This document shows, piece after piece, positions 24,260 through 33,083 of a DNA stretch of 55,115 nt. Each line of letters opens with the position of its first letter. The first letter of the stretch is position 1. Made by a program: the position numbers and the translations under genes. Origin of the DNA: Terriglobia bacterium. GTDB lineage: Bacteria > Acidobacteriota > Terriglobia > Acidiferrales > 2-02-FULL-67-57. The notes under the pieces are model-generated. The model was not told the origin of the DNA and did not search any database. It worked only from the letters and a program-made list of their open reading frames with translations. The stretch is taken from positions 1 through 55,115 of the forward strand of contig JBHIAG010000002.1 in NCBI GenBank assembly GCA_046758465.1. Reading direction: 5' to 3'.

Positions 24260-25330
24260 TCACCCCTTTCGCAATTTCGTACGCTGGCTCTTCAAAAAGC
24301 TGCTAATCCATTCTGGCTCAGGCAGATAAGCAGCCCGGCCAAGCGTCCGCTCGCCCAGGAGGATGACCAGTTCATACTCAAGGGTGTCAGTAATCCATGC
24401 TTTTGAAGCCAAGGTAATCTTCTGCGTAGGGTTGAAAACCTCAAGTGCTGGCTCCAACCAGTAGCATTGTTTCTTCCGCCCATCCAAATACTGAAGAATC
24501 TTCTGGTTCAGCTTGGAGATGTTGGACGGGGATACTTTGGCGCGGCGGGCAATCTTGCGAGAAATCCCTGGGGTGTCCTCGCCGCGCATCGCAGCCCGCA
24601 CAGAAGCGCGAGCAACCCGCTGCTGCTCTGCTGTGGGCAATCCCTCGATCCCTTCAAGCAAACCTTCTGCATCCGGCGTGGCCGCGTACCCCTCGGGAAT
24701 CTTCGTGTCAACAAGTACCTCGTCAGCCGCCACAACCCTGCCGGGCACCGGCTCGCCAGCTTCATCCTTTTCGTAGTCCTCAAGGAGATGAACTTCCCGG
24801 CTCGCCCGCTCCAATTCGAGCTTCTTCCGCTTCCAGCGGAGCCTGCGCAGATTGCTCCGCAGATATTCAGAGGGCACCTGATGATGCTTGATGAAGTCGT
24901 AGCCTTCGTACAAATCCGCGAAGTCCTCAAAGGTTTCGGGGTTAGCTGAGTTCGGGCCTGCAATTTCGCTGCCGTGCTCTTCCCAGTAAGCGTTCCGCTC
25001 CCGAAAGCTGCGATGCTTGGAGGCGAGAAAGTCTGTGTCGGCAGCCTTGAGATTCTGGGGGCCGAGGACAGTAATCAGGGCAAAGGCTTGCAGAACGGCA
25101 AGGGCAGCCACAGCAGCTTGTGGCATTGGTTTCTTACGAGCCGCTGCCAGTGCACGCTTGACGCTCGGGTTGCGCTGTTGGTGTTCTTCTACCGTGAGTG
25201 CAAAAGTCCAAGCAAAATGTGCCAGCCTTGGATTACGCTTGAAATCTTGGAAAACTTTCTCGCGCTCGCTCTTGAACACCCCAGAGGCGAGCTTGATGAG
25301 CAGGGTGGCAGTCTTGCGGGCTGAGGCCAT
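24260..25330 (-). CDS. hypothetical protein with a C-terminal sigma-70 region-4-like HTH
   Basis: 356 aa from MASARK. ..LPTAEQQRVARASVRAAMRGEDTPGISRKIARRAKVSPSNISKLNQKILQYL.. resembles a region-4/LuxR-type HTH. The upstream 93 codons of the track ORF are Arg/Pro junk overlapping the integrase relic. Confidence 0.5.
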   Translation of the reverse strand: MASARKTATLLIKLASGVFKSEREKVFQDFKRNPRLAHFAWTFALTVEEHQQRNPSVKRALAAARKKPMPQAAVAALAVLQAFALITVLGPQNLKAADTDFLASKHRSFRERNAYWEEHGSEIAGPNSANPETFEDFADLYEGYDFIKHHQVPSEYLRSNLRRLRWKRKKLELERASREVHLLEDYEKDEAGEPVPGRVVAADEVLVDTKIPEGYAATPDAEGLLEGIEGLPTAEQQRVARASVRAAMRGEDTPGISRKIARRAKVSPSNISKLNQKILQYLDGRKKQCYWLEPALEVFNPTQKITLASKAWITDTLEYELVILLGERTLGRAAYLPEPEWISSFLKSQRTKLRKG

Positions 25331-25380
25331 GCAGCCCTCCCAGTTCACAGATTTTCGGGGAGTTCCTTCAGGTGGGGTAA

Positions 25381-25797
25381 CCACCTTGCGGAATCCCCCT
25401 AAAGGGCTTCGGCCCGGAAGCCGTGGCAGCACTTCAGGAACACCGGGGGCGTTTGGGTGGCAGTCCGCAGCCCGACGCCTTGGTGTTTCCCAACAAGAAG
25501 GGCGGCTCGCTTGACGCCCACAACTTGCTCTGGCGCGTTCTCTACTTAGCTTGCGACGGGGCTGGTGTACCACGTGTCTCATGGCACGCGCTGCGCCATA
25601 CCCACGCAACCCTGCTAAACGTGCAGGGCGAGTCGGTCAGAACGATCCAGGCACAGCTTCGCCACTCGTCAGCCCGCGTTGCTTTGGAAACGTACACGCA
25701 GGTCGTTCCTGAGCAGCAGCGCAGCGCGGTGGAGAGGCTGGAACGCCTGGTATTTGGACCCAAATTCAGGAGATTGAGGGTCGGAAGGCTCCGCTAA
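25381..25797 (+). pseudogene. tyrosine recombinase (phage-type integrase), C-terminal relic only
   Basis: ..EAVAALQEHRGRLGG..LVFPNKKGGSLDAHNL..VSWHALRHTHATLLNVQGESVRTIQAQLRHSSARVALETYTQV.. has the HxxR, H and Tyr boxes. The frame is closed by TAA at 25378-25380, so the N-terminal core-binding domain and first catalytic Arg are missing. Confidence 0.8.
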
Positions 25798-25821
25798 TTC
25801 AATGATTCTACGGAAGATAGC

Positions 25822-25898
25822 TGGCGGGGCCGACGGGACTCGAACCCGCGACCTCCTGCGTGACAGGCAGGCGTTCTAACCAACTGAACTACAGCCCC
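25822..25898 (-). tRNA. tRNA-Asp (anticodon GUC), CCA encoded
   Basis: rc: GGGGCTG TA GTTCAGTTGGTTAGAAC G CCTGC CTGTCAC GCAGG AGGTC GCGGG TTCGAGT CCCGT CGGCCCC G CCA. The 3' 46 nt (25822-25867) are the proximal direct repeat. Confidence 0.95.
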
Positions 25899-25908
25899 GC
25901 AGGGCTAC

Positions 25909-25983
25909 TGGTGGGCGATGTCCGATTCGAACGGACGACCTTCCCGGTGTAAACGGGATGCTCTACCGCTGAGCTAACCGCCC
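25909..25983 (-). tRNA. tRNA-Val (anticodon UAC), CCA encoded
   Basis: rc: GGGCGGT TA GCTCAGCGGTAGAGC A TCCCG TTTACAC CGGGA AGGTC GTCCG TTCGAAT CGGAC ATCGCCC A CCA. Confidence 0.95.
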
Positions 25984-25997
25984 ACCTTGCGCAGGCG

Positions 25998-26026
25998 ATT
26001 GTAGCACGGGCCTGCGGCCCTGACAA
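25998..26026 (-). promoter_or_regulatory. sigma70-type promoter of the tRNA-Val/tRNA-Asp pair
   Basis: rc: TTGTCA-N17-TACAAT. The -10 ends 14 nt before the tRNA-Val 5' end. Confidence 0.6.
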
Positions 26027-26300
26027 ATTGCTGTACTCGTCCACATGATTGGTGACACTTTCCGGAAAGGAACGCACCCTGGGCATCTTGCAAGGCCTTG
26101 AGAAATCGGGACGGTCAGGAGGGGGGTATCAAGAAGGAAGACAGGCACTTAGAGAAGAAGAAACGGCAGTCCAGCTAAGCATCAAGAGTAGGCGTCAGAA
26201 CTGCCCCAGGCTGCGGGGATTGGCCTTCTTGAGTGTCACCCATCATTCTGAACGAGTACAATTGCCGCCTGCCCACATACAGGCCCGGAACAGCCTTGTC

Positions 26301-26975
26301 CTAACGATTTACCTCTTCGCGTGTGATCTTCTTGAACCGGTGCGCCAGACGCCATTGTCGGCGCAAACCTGCCTCCTCAAATCGCCGCCGCTCGGTCGGC
26401 GTTGCGCAAATCAGCGGCCGAACCGCCTTGGGTTGCCCCTGCGCATCAATCGCCACGAACGTGACATAGGCCGAACTCGTGTGCTGCCGACGACCAGTCA
26501 GCACGTTCTCCGCAAACACCTTCACTCCCACCTCCATCGATGTCCGAAACACCCGGTTCACCGACGACTTCAATACGATCAACTCTCCCACCTTGATGGG
26601 CGTGCGGAAATCGACGTAATCCACCGATGCAGTGACAACGTGGCTGTTGCTGTGCCGGTGCGCCGCGATAGCCGCAGCAATATCCACCAAATGCATCACC
26701 CGCCCGCCCAGGATGTTCCCCAGCGGGTTGGCATCGTTCGGCAACACCACCTCCACCATCTCTGCCTGCGACTCTCGCACCGGCTTGCCCTGCTTACCCC
26801 GAGTCCCGCTAGCCTGCCACGGCGGGCTTGCGGGATCGAGGGGAGCTGCGTCGAAGGGTTTCTTCTCGGCCAGCTCACGCCTTGCCTCCCGTCGAGGCTG
26901 CCAGGCCGGAGGTTTTGCGGGTGGAGTTCTGCGGCGAGGACGAGAACGTCCCTTCCGTGCTGGTTTGCGTCGCAT
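26301..26975 (-). CDS. acyl-CoA thioesterase (hotdog fold, YciA-like) with an Arg/Pro-rich N-terminal extension
   Basis: ..VVLPNDANPLGNILGGRVMHLVDIAAAIAA..ASVDYVDFRTPIKVGELI... The true start is uncertain. Confidence 0.75.
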   Translation of the reverse strand: MRRKPARKGRSRPRRRTPPAKPPAWQPRREARRELAEKKPFDAAPLDPASPPWQASGTRGKQGKPVRESQAEMVEVVLPNDANPLGNILGGRVMHLVDIAAAIAAHRHSNSHVVTASVDYVDFRTPIKVGELIVLKSSVNRVFRTSMEVGVKVFAENVLTGRRQHTSSAYVTFVAIDAQGQPKAVRPLICATPTERRRFEEAGLRRQWRLAHRFKKITREEVNR

Positions 26976-27013
26976 AAGCTCAGCTCGTTCGGCTGGTGCT
27001 GCTTGTGTGCTCC

Positions 27014-27838
27014 CTAGTTCGAGCCCGGCAGCGGCGCTTCGGGCGATTCAAATACCTCCGCCCGCACCCTCTCAAGTGCCCGCAACACCGGGAACCAAAT
27101 CCGCATGCTCCCGTCATCGCGCACTTTGTCGCTCGCCAGCCACACCCCGCCCACCTGCTTCCAGCCGCGCCAATCCCACGCGGTCGCCGCCTCCAGCCGC
27201 GGCTCTCCTCTGTCTCTGTAGCCTTCTAGAAAGTAGGCCCAGCGGTCAATGCGGCGGGTTTCGGGGTGAATGAAAACCCAGTAGTGGTCGCCCGGTGTCA
27301 ATCCCACCTGGTCGAACCAAACGTGTACCACATCGTAATTTATGCTCTTCAGTTCTCGCCTGCCGGCGTAGCCCAGGTGCACGCCTGGGTCTTTCAGCTT
27401 CATGGGCTGGACGAGCCAGTAGGTGTCGTTGATGTACCGCCCGTAGGCGAACTGGAGTGCTTTCTGCAACTCGTCACCTTCGAGCTTCTTCCCATCCACC
27501 CAGGCGTTGCCTGCTCGCGTCTGCACGTTGCAGAGCGTCAGGAACGGCTTGCCTTCGCGTGTCGTGCCCTCCACGCGGTAACGGCCGTCGTAGCGGTCCC
27601 AGAGATGCCGAACCGCAGCCACCCGCTGGCCCCCCCGCTCGACCACCCAATCAAACCGCAGGTAGCGGACTCGCGCCCAGGCCTCTGCGCCGCCCAGCGC
27701 CTGCTGCATCGCTTCCACGAGCTCAATGGCCTTCGCATCCGAGCCGGCTGGGTCGAACGCTTTTTCGTCCGCCAGGCTCGGTGCCACCAGCAACAACGCA
27801 AGCAGGATACTGTCCCAGACTCGCATGTTCCGTTTCAT
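27014..27838 (-). CDS. secreted hypothetical protein
   Basis: Start re-picked at MKRNMRVWDSILLALLLVAPSLA (signal peptide). The upstream 134 codons of the track ORF are antisense to the TPR gene. No family recognised. Confidence 0.55.
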   Translation of the reverse strand: MKRNMRVWDSILLALLLVAPSLADEKAFDPAGSDAKAIELVEAMQQALGGAEAWARVRYLRFDWVVERGGQRVAAVRHLWDRYDGRYRVEGTTREGKPFLTLCNVQTRAGNAWVDGKKLEGDELQKALQFAYGRYINDTYWLVQPMKLKDPGVHLGYAGRRELKSINYDVVHVWFDQVGLTPGDHYWVFIHPETRRIDRWAYFLEGYRDRGEPRLEAATAWDWRGWKQVGGVWLASDKVRDDGSMRIWFPVLRALERVRAEVFESPEAPLPGSN

Positions 27839-27922
27839 GCTGCCTCGCAGGAAGGGCTCGCGCCCGAGTGAAAACGCATGTACTATACTTAGGTTAGTAG
27901 GGCTTTTGCAATCAACCCTCGG

Positions 27923-28273
27923 TTGACGAGAGACATAATGACCAAATCGCGCCTGGAAATGCTCGAAGAGTCCGCTCGCACCAACCCCCACGATGCCTTC
28001 GTACGCTACGGGCTGGCAATGGAATACGCCTCTCAGGGTCGCAGCGACGACGCCGTGGCTACCTTCCGCCAACTCATCGAAAACAAGTCCGACTACACCG
28101 CTGCCTACTACCAAGCCGGCGTCCTGCTCGCCCGGCTCAACCACGTTGCCGAGGCGCGCACGATGTTTGAACGCGGCATCGAGGCCGCGACTCGCACCGT
28201 GGACTGGCACACCAAGGGCGAACTCGAGATGGCCTTGCACGAGTTGCCTCCCCAGCCGGCGGGCGACGAGTAA
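27923..28273 (+). CDS. tetratricopeptide-repeat protein
   Basis: ..AFVRYGLAMEYASQGRSDDAVATFRQLIENKSDYTAAYYQAGVLLARLNHVAEARTMFERGI.. (TPR pattern). The start may be the ATG at 27938. Confidence 0.65.
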   Translation: MTRDIMTKSRLEMLEESARTNPHDAFVRYGLAMEYASQGRSDDAVATFRQLIENKSDYTAAYYQAGVLLARLNHVAEARTMFERGIEAATRTVDWHTKGELEMALHELPPQPAGDE

Positions 28274-28281
28274 CAGTCTCG

Positions 28282-29076
28282 CTAGACCTCTCGAAAAATA
28301 AACACGCGAATCAAACGGTCCATGAGTGCGGGAAAGAACGTGCGCAACCCAATTGCCAACCGCAACACCAGCGGTACTACTACTTCCCGCCGCCCGCCCA
28401 GCGTCGCCCGCAGCGTCGTCCGCGCCACACGTTCCGCTGAGATTCCACGCCCGATACGCCCCTTATACTTCGCCGTACCGCCGTCATAGTAGGCCCGGTC
28501 GTGGAAAGGCGTGCGTACCCGCCCGGGGCAAATCAGCACCACGCGAATACTGTCGCGGGCCAGCTCCATTCGTACTCCGTCGGATAAGGCGTTGAGGGCG
28601 AACTTGGTGGCACAATAGCTCGCCATGAATGGGAGCGGGATCCGCCCGGCAACCGAGGAAATGTTCACGATAGTCCCCCGGCCGCGCTGCTTCATGATCG
28701 GCACCACCTCTCGCATCGCGTAGGCCGCGCCGAAAAAGTTCACCTCCCACATCTCGCAAAAATGCTTCCAGATCACCTGCTCGTACGGAGCATACATCCC
28801 GATGCCCGCATTATTGACCAGCACATCCACCGTCCCAAACTCTTCCACCGTCCGCCCCACCAGCCGCCGCACCTGTTCGGGCTGGCGCACATCAGTCGGC
28901 ACCACCAGCACTTGCCCCGCTGCTACCCCGAGCGTTTGCGCTAATTCGTTCAACTTCTCTTCGGAGCGCGCTGCCAGCACCAGCCGCGCCCCTTCCGCCG
29001 CAAACACGCGCGCAATCGCCGCCCCAATGCCACTTGAGGCACCGGTGATGACCACGACTTGGTCTTGGAGTCGCAT
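28282..29076 (-). CDS. short-chain dehydrogenase/reductase
   Basis: VVVITGASSGIGAA, NNAG and SYCATKFAL (YxxxK) motifs. Confidence 0.85.
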   Translation of the reverse strand: MRLQDQVVVITGASSGIGAAIARVFAAEGARLVLAARSEEKLNELAQTLGVAAGQVLVVPTDVRQPEQVRRLVGRTVEEFGTVDVLVNNAGIGMYAPYEQVIWKHFCEMWEVNFFGAAYAMREVVPIMKQRGRGTIVNISSVAGRIPLPFMASYCATKFALNALSDGVRMELARDSIRVVLICPGRVRTPFHDRAYYDGGTAKYKGRIGRGISAERVARTTLRATLGGRREVVVPLVLRLAIGLRTFFPALMDRLIRVFIFREV

Positions 29077-29108
29077 AGGATTCCCCCGGCTTGGATTCGG
29101 TGCGGTCT

Positions 29109-29137
29109 GTTCTAGTCCGCTGCCCTCGGCAAGTCAA
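29109..29137 (-). promoter_or_regulatory. sigma70-type promoter resembling the island cassette (only copy outside the island)
   Basis: rc: TTGACT TGCCGAGGGCAGCGGAC TAGAAC, 32 nt upstream of the SDR start. A divergent TATAAT sits at 29161-29166 on the plus strand. Confidence 0.5.
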
Positions 29138-29401
29138 TGAGAAAGCCGCACCCAGCCTGTTATAATCGGGCTGAGCACGAGCAGTTCGAGTTGAGGGCGC
29201 GCGCTGCGGGCGCTTTTCTCGAGGCTGCCCGGAACGACCGCACCCGCTTGCGGCCCTGCCGACGGGACGGCCCGTGGGTCTTCTATCACACCGTGGCCCC
29301 GTTCCTCTGGCAACGCTGACTGCTCCGTGCCACGGCAGCCGCCTCGGCCGCATCTTACAGATTGGGAGTTCCGCATCAGCTTAGCAGCAAAATCGTCTAT
29401 A

Positions 29402-30907
29402 ATGGAAGGGACCTCAGGGCGAGCAAAGAAACTGATGAACCTGCCACGGACGCTTGGCCAACTCCGCTCCTCCCCATATAGCGAGGAACGCTATGCCAGC
29501 CGCAGCGTGAAGGATGAGATGCGGGAAAATCTCCTGCGGAAGCTGGAGCACAGAGAAGAGCTCTTCTCTGGCATCGTCGGCTACGACGATACGGTAACCC
29601 CTCACATCATCAACGCCATTCTCTCAAAGCACAACTTCGTTCTGCTGGGCCTACGCGGCCAGGCCAAGAGCCGCATCCTGCGCGCGCTCACGAATTTCCT
29701 CGACGAGGCCATCCCCATCATCGCCGGCTGCGAGATCAACGATAACCCCTATCGGCCCATCTGCCGTGCCTGCCGGTTGTTGGTCGAAGAGCAGGGCGAC
29801 GCTACGCCCATCGAGTTTCTGCCCCGCGTGTGCCGCTTCGTCGAAAAGCTGGCCACCCCCGACGTCACCATTGCCGACATCCTAGGCGACGTCGATCCCA
29901 TCAAAGCCGCCCGCGGCGGCCTTGCTCTCTCGGATGAGTTGACCATCCACTACGGCCTGCTCCCACGCGCCAATCGCAGCATCTTTGCCATCAATGAGCT
30001 GCCCGACTTGGCGGCCAAAATCCAGGTGGGCTTGTTCAACATCATGCAGGAGGGCGACGTCCAGATCAAAGGCTACCCGGTCCGCCTCCCGCTCGACATC
30101 TGCCTGATCTTCACCGCCAACCCTGAGGACTACACTGCCCGCGGCAAAATCATCACCCCGCTCAAAGACCGCATCGGGACAGAAATTCGCACCCACTACC
30201 CGTTGACACAAGCCGAGGGCCTCCGCATCACCGCCCAGGAAGCCTGGATCCAGCGCGACGGCACCCGCCACCTCGTGATGCCGGACTACATCCCAGAGAT
30301 TGTAGAGGAGATTGCCTTTCTCGCCCGCGCGGACAAGAAGATTGACAAGCGCTCCGGCGTCAGTCAGCGCATGCCCATCACCGCGCTCGAAAACGTGGCC
30401 AGCAATGCCGAGCGCCGTACCCTGCTCGCCAAAGAACCGAAGGTTGTCCCACGCATCGCCGACATCTATGCGGCCATCTCCTCACTGACCGGCAAGTTTG
30501 AACTGGAATACGAGGGGGAGATGCGGGGTGCCGAACAGATTGCCCGTGAGCTCATTCGCAACGCCATCGCCCGTGTCTTCCAAAACCGCTTCCGCGACGC
30601 CAACTTGCAGCAGGTAGTGCAGTGGTTTGAGCTGGGTGGCACACTCAAGCTCTCCGATACGGCGTCATCGGCTAAATTGCTCGGGCAACTCCGCAAGATC
30701 CAGGGCTTGCTGGAGAGCACCGCCCGCCTGGGCTTGCGCCCCAAAGACGGCCCGGGTGTACTGGTCGCCGCCTGTGAGTTCATCCTCGAGGGCCTTTATG
30801 CCCAGCACAAGATCAGTCGCAGCGAAGAGCGCGGCTTCTATGCCGAAGAGCCCAAACCGCAGATGCCGTCCGAGGAGCCCCGCCGCCACCGTCGCTCCTA
30901 CCAGTAA
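29402..30907 (+). CDS. AAA+ ATPase of the Mg-chelatase ChlI/MoxR-like type
   Basis: Walker A-like GLRGQAKS (29648-29671), Walker B-like SIFAINELPDL, ..IFTANPEDYTARGKIITPLKDRIG... Start ambiguous (29402 or 29435). Confidence 0.75.
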   Translation: MEGTSGRAKKLMNLPRTLGQLRSSPYSEERYASRSVKDEMRENLLRKLEHREELFSGIVGYDDTVTPHIINAILSKHNFVLLGLRGQAKSRILRALTNFLDEAIPIIAGCEINDNPYRPICRACRLLVEEQGDATPIEFLPRVCRFVEKLATPDVTIADILGDVDPIKAARGGLALSDELTIHYGLLPRANRSIFAINELPDLAAKIQVGLFNIMQEGDVQIKGYPVRLPLDICLIFTANPEDYTARGKIITPLKDRIGTEIRTHYPLTQAEGLRITAQEAWIQRDGTRHLVMPDYIPEIVEEIAFLARADKKIDKRSGVSQRMPITALENVASNAERRTLLAKEPKVVPRIADIYAAISSLTGKFELEYEGEMRGAEQIARELIRNAIARVFQNRFRDANLQQVVQWFELGGTLKLSDTASSAKLLGQLRKIQGLLESTARLGLRPKDGPGVLVAACEFILEGLYAQHKISRSEERGFYAEEPKPQMPSEEPRRHRRSYQ

Positions 30908-30913
30908 CTCGCT

Positions 30914-32185
30914 ATGCGCTTCACCCGCTACTCGCGCTTCACCGGCACCTGGGCCGACGGCATTGACCTCGACGACCTGTTCTCCCAACTCGCAGACTAC
31001 CTCCTCCAAAGCGGCTTCCAGAGTTCCTATGGCTTCTACGAGATGGACTTCGAGCGCACGCTCGAGCGACTGCGCGAGGCCATCTTACGCGCCCTTGAAG
31101 AAAACAACCTCCTGCCGCCTGACCTGCGACAGCAAATGGAGCAGAACCCGGAACAAGCCGACCAACGGCTCCAACAATTACTCCAACAACTCATCGAGCG
31201 GATGGCTGAGGAAGGCTATATCCGCGTGGACGAGCTGCCCACCAAGTCAGTTCTCGAATCCCACCCCGGCCGTGTCGAAGATGACTACCCGGAAAGCTCC
31301 TACGCCCGCTTTGAGCTCACTGACAAGGCGCTCGACTTCCTCGGCTACCGACAGTTGAAAGACTTGCTCAGCTCACTCGGTCGGTCGAGCTTCGGTCGGC
31401 ACGATACGAAGGAGCTGGCCACCGGCGTCGAGGTTATCGGCGCGTCCAAACCCTACGAGTTTGGCGACCACCTGAACCTCGACATCACTGCCACCCTCGG
31501 CCACTGCATCAAGCGCCAAATGGCCGCCGGCAGCACCGGCCTCACCTTCCCTCTCGACCTCGACTACCCAGATTTGCAGGTGCACCAGTCCGAATACCAG
31601 AGCTCCTGCGCCACCGTGCTGATGCTTGATTGCAGCCACAGCATGATCCTCTACGGCGAAGACCGCTTCACGCCCGCCAAGAAAGTGGCGCTGGCGCTCT
31701 CCCACCTCATCCGCACGCAGTATCCCGGCGACTCGCTCCACCTCGTCCTGTTTCACGACTCAGCTGAACCCGTGCCGCTCGCACAACTGGCGCGCGTGCA
31801 GGTGGGCCCTTACTACACCAACACCCGGGAGGGCCTCCGTATGGCACGCCAGCTGCTGGCAGCCGAAAACAAAGACATGCGCCAGATTGTGATGATCACA
31901 GACGGCAAGCCTTCTGCGTTGACGCTCGAAGACGGCCGTATCTACAAAAACGCCTTCGGGCTCGATCCACTCGTGGTGAGCGAGACACTGAAGGAAGTGG
32001 CGCACTGCCGCCGCTCCGGCATCCTGATCAACACTTTTATGCTCGCTGACGACTACAGTCTGGTCCACTTCGTCCACCAGGTCTGCCAGATTGGTCGTGG
32101 CAAGGCCTACTTCACCACCGCGCACACCCTCGGCCAGTACTTGCTCCTCGATTACATGAACCGCAAGGCCCGCCACATCCACTAA
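30914..32185 (+). CDS. von Willebrand factor type A (VWA) domain protein, partner of the AAA+ ATPase
   Basis: Helical N-half, then a VWA domain with MIDAS DCSHS and ..MITDGKPSA... It begins 7 nt after the ATPase stop. Confidence 0.8.
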   Translation: MRFTRYSRFTGTWADGIDLDDLFSQLADYLLQSGFQSSYGFYEMDFERTLERLREAILRALEENNLLPPDLRQQMEQNPEQADQRLQQLLQQLIERMAEEGYIRVDELPTKSVLESHPGRVEDDYPESSYARFELTDKALDFLGYRQLKDLLSSLGRSSFGRHDTKELATGVEVIGASKPYEFGDHLNLDITATLGHCIKRQMAAGSTGLTFPLDLDYPDLQVHQSEYQSSCATVLMLDCSHSMILYGEDRFTPAKKVALALSHLIRTQYPGDSLHLVLFHDSAEPVPLAQLARVQVGPYYTNTREGLRMARQLLAAENKDMRQIVMITDGKPSALTLEDGRIYKNAFGLDPLVVSETLKEVAHCRRSGILINTFMLADDYSLVHFVHQVCQIGRGKAYFTTAHTLGQYLLLDYMNRKARHIH

Positions 32186-32256
32186 TCTGCTACCCTTCGC
32201 GCCGCTCGCAGGCACAAACGCGATTGGCCAGAGCGTGAGGATTTGCTAAGATAAAA

Positions 32257-32802
32257 GTGGCAATGGTTTTCGACCGCCTCATCAAACTCTTTGGAGGGAA
32301 AAGGAAAGTGGCAACTCCGGGGCCAGAAACAAAAGCACCCGAATTCACACTCAACGCATTGGACGGCAAGAAATATTCACTGCCAACGGCACTCGCCCGC
32401 GGGCCAGTCCTGGTCGCGTTCTTCAAAGAAAGTTGCCCTGTCTGCCAGTTTACGTTTCCCTTCATCGAGCGCATCTTCCAAGGGGTCAACAGCCAACGTG
32501 GAATTCAAATCTGGGCTGTCTCCCAGGACGATGCGCGCGACACGAGTGATTTCGCTAAAGAGTACGGGGTCCGGTTTCCGATTTTGCTCGATGAGGCTGG
32601 CTATCCGGTTTCGAACGCCTACGGCCTGACCACTGTGCCCACGCTGTTCTTAATTGAACCCGACGGTAAAATCGCGCTCACCAGTGTCGGCTTCGACAAG
32701 AGGGACATCGAGACCATCGCGGCCCGCCTCGGCGAGCGGGCGGGCAAAAGCGTCGTGCCCTTCCGACCCGGCGAAAACATCCCAGATTCCAAAGCCGGTT
32801 GA
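32257..32802 (+). CDS. thioredoxin-fold thiol:disulfide oxidoreductase (AhpC/TSA-redoxin/TlpA-like)
   Basis: ..PVLVAFFKESCPVCQFTFP.. CxxC motif in a redoxin-like context. Confidence 0.75.
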   Translation: MAMVFDRLIKLFGGKRKVATPGPETKAPEFTLNALDGKKYSLPTALARGPVLVAFFKESCPVCQFTFPFIERIFQGVNSQRGIQIWAVSQDDARDTSDFAKEYGVRFPILLDEAGYPVSNAYGLTTVPTLFLIEPDGKIALTSVGFDKRDIETIAARLGERAGKSVVPFRPGENIPDSKAG

Positions 32803-32808
32803 GGCTCC

Positions 32809-32832
32809 AAAAATTGACGCCGGGACGGCGTC
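32809..32832 (-). terminator. rho-independent terminator-like hairpin
   Basis: Minus strand: GACGCCG-TCC-CGGCGTC followed by AATTTTT. It lies between the convergent thioredoxin-like gene and the selC region. Confidence 0.5.
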
Positions 32833-33083
32833 CTCCTGAACCTGCCGAAGGATCGTCCCCGTAGCCAAGGGCGCGAGCGCCGGTACGGGGTGAGAGCCTC
32901 CGTCAACCCTAGCTTTAGCTTTCCAGCTCTCGTTCCAGTTCGCGTCGTTTGTGCTTGGGCGGCTTTTTCTTTTTGCTCGGGATGACGCGCCCGGCGGGCG
33001 GTCTGCCGAGGACCGCGCGCGCCATCCGTCGTGCTTGCGTGGCGGGATCGTATTTTGTCCGCTTGCGTCGGCTCACAAAAAGC

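Noticed and set aside
32800-32820. The TGA ending the thioredoxin-like gene next to selC could be a selenocysteine codon
   Set aside because: The frame is closed again after 4 codons (GSKN-stop), the redox motif is an ordinary CPVC, and no SECIS-like hairpin follows in phase.
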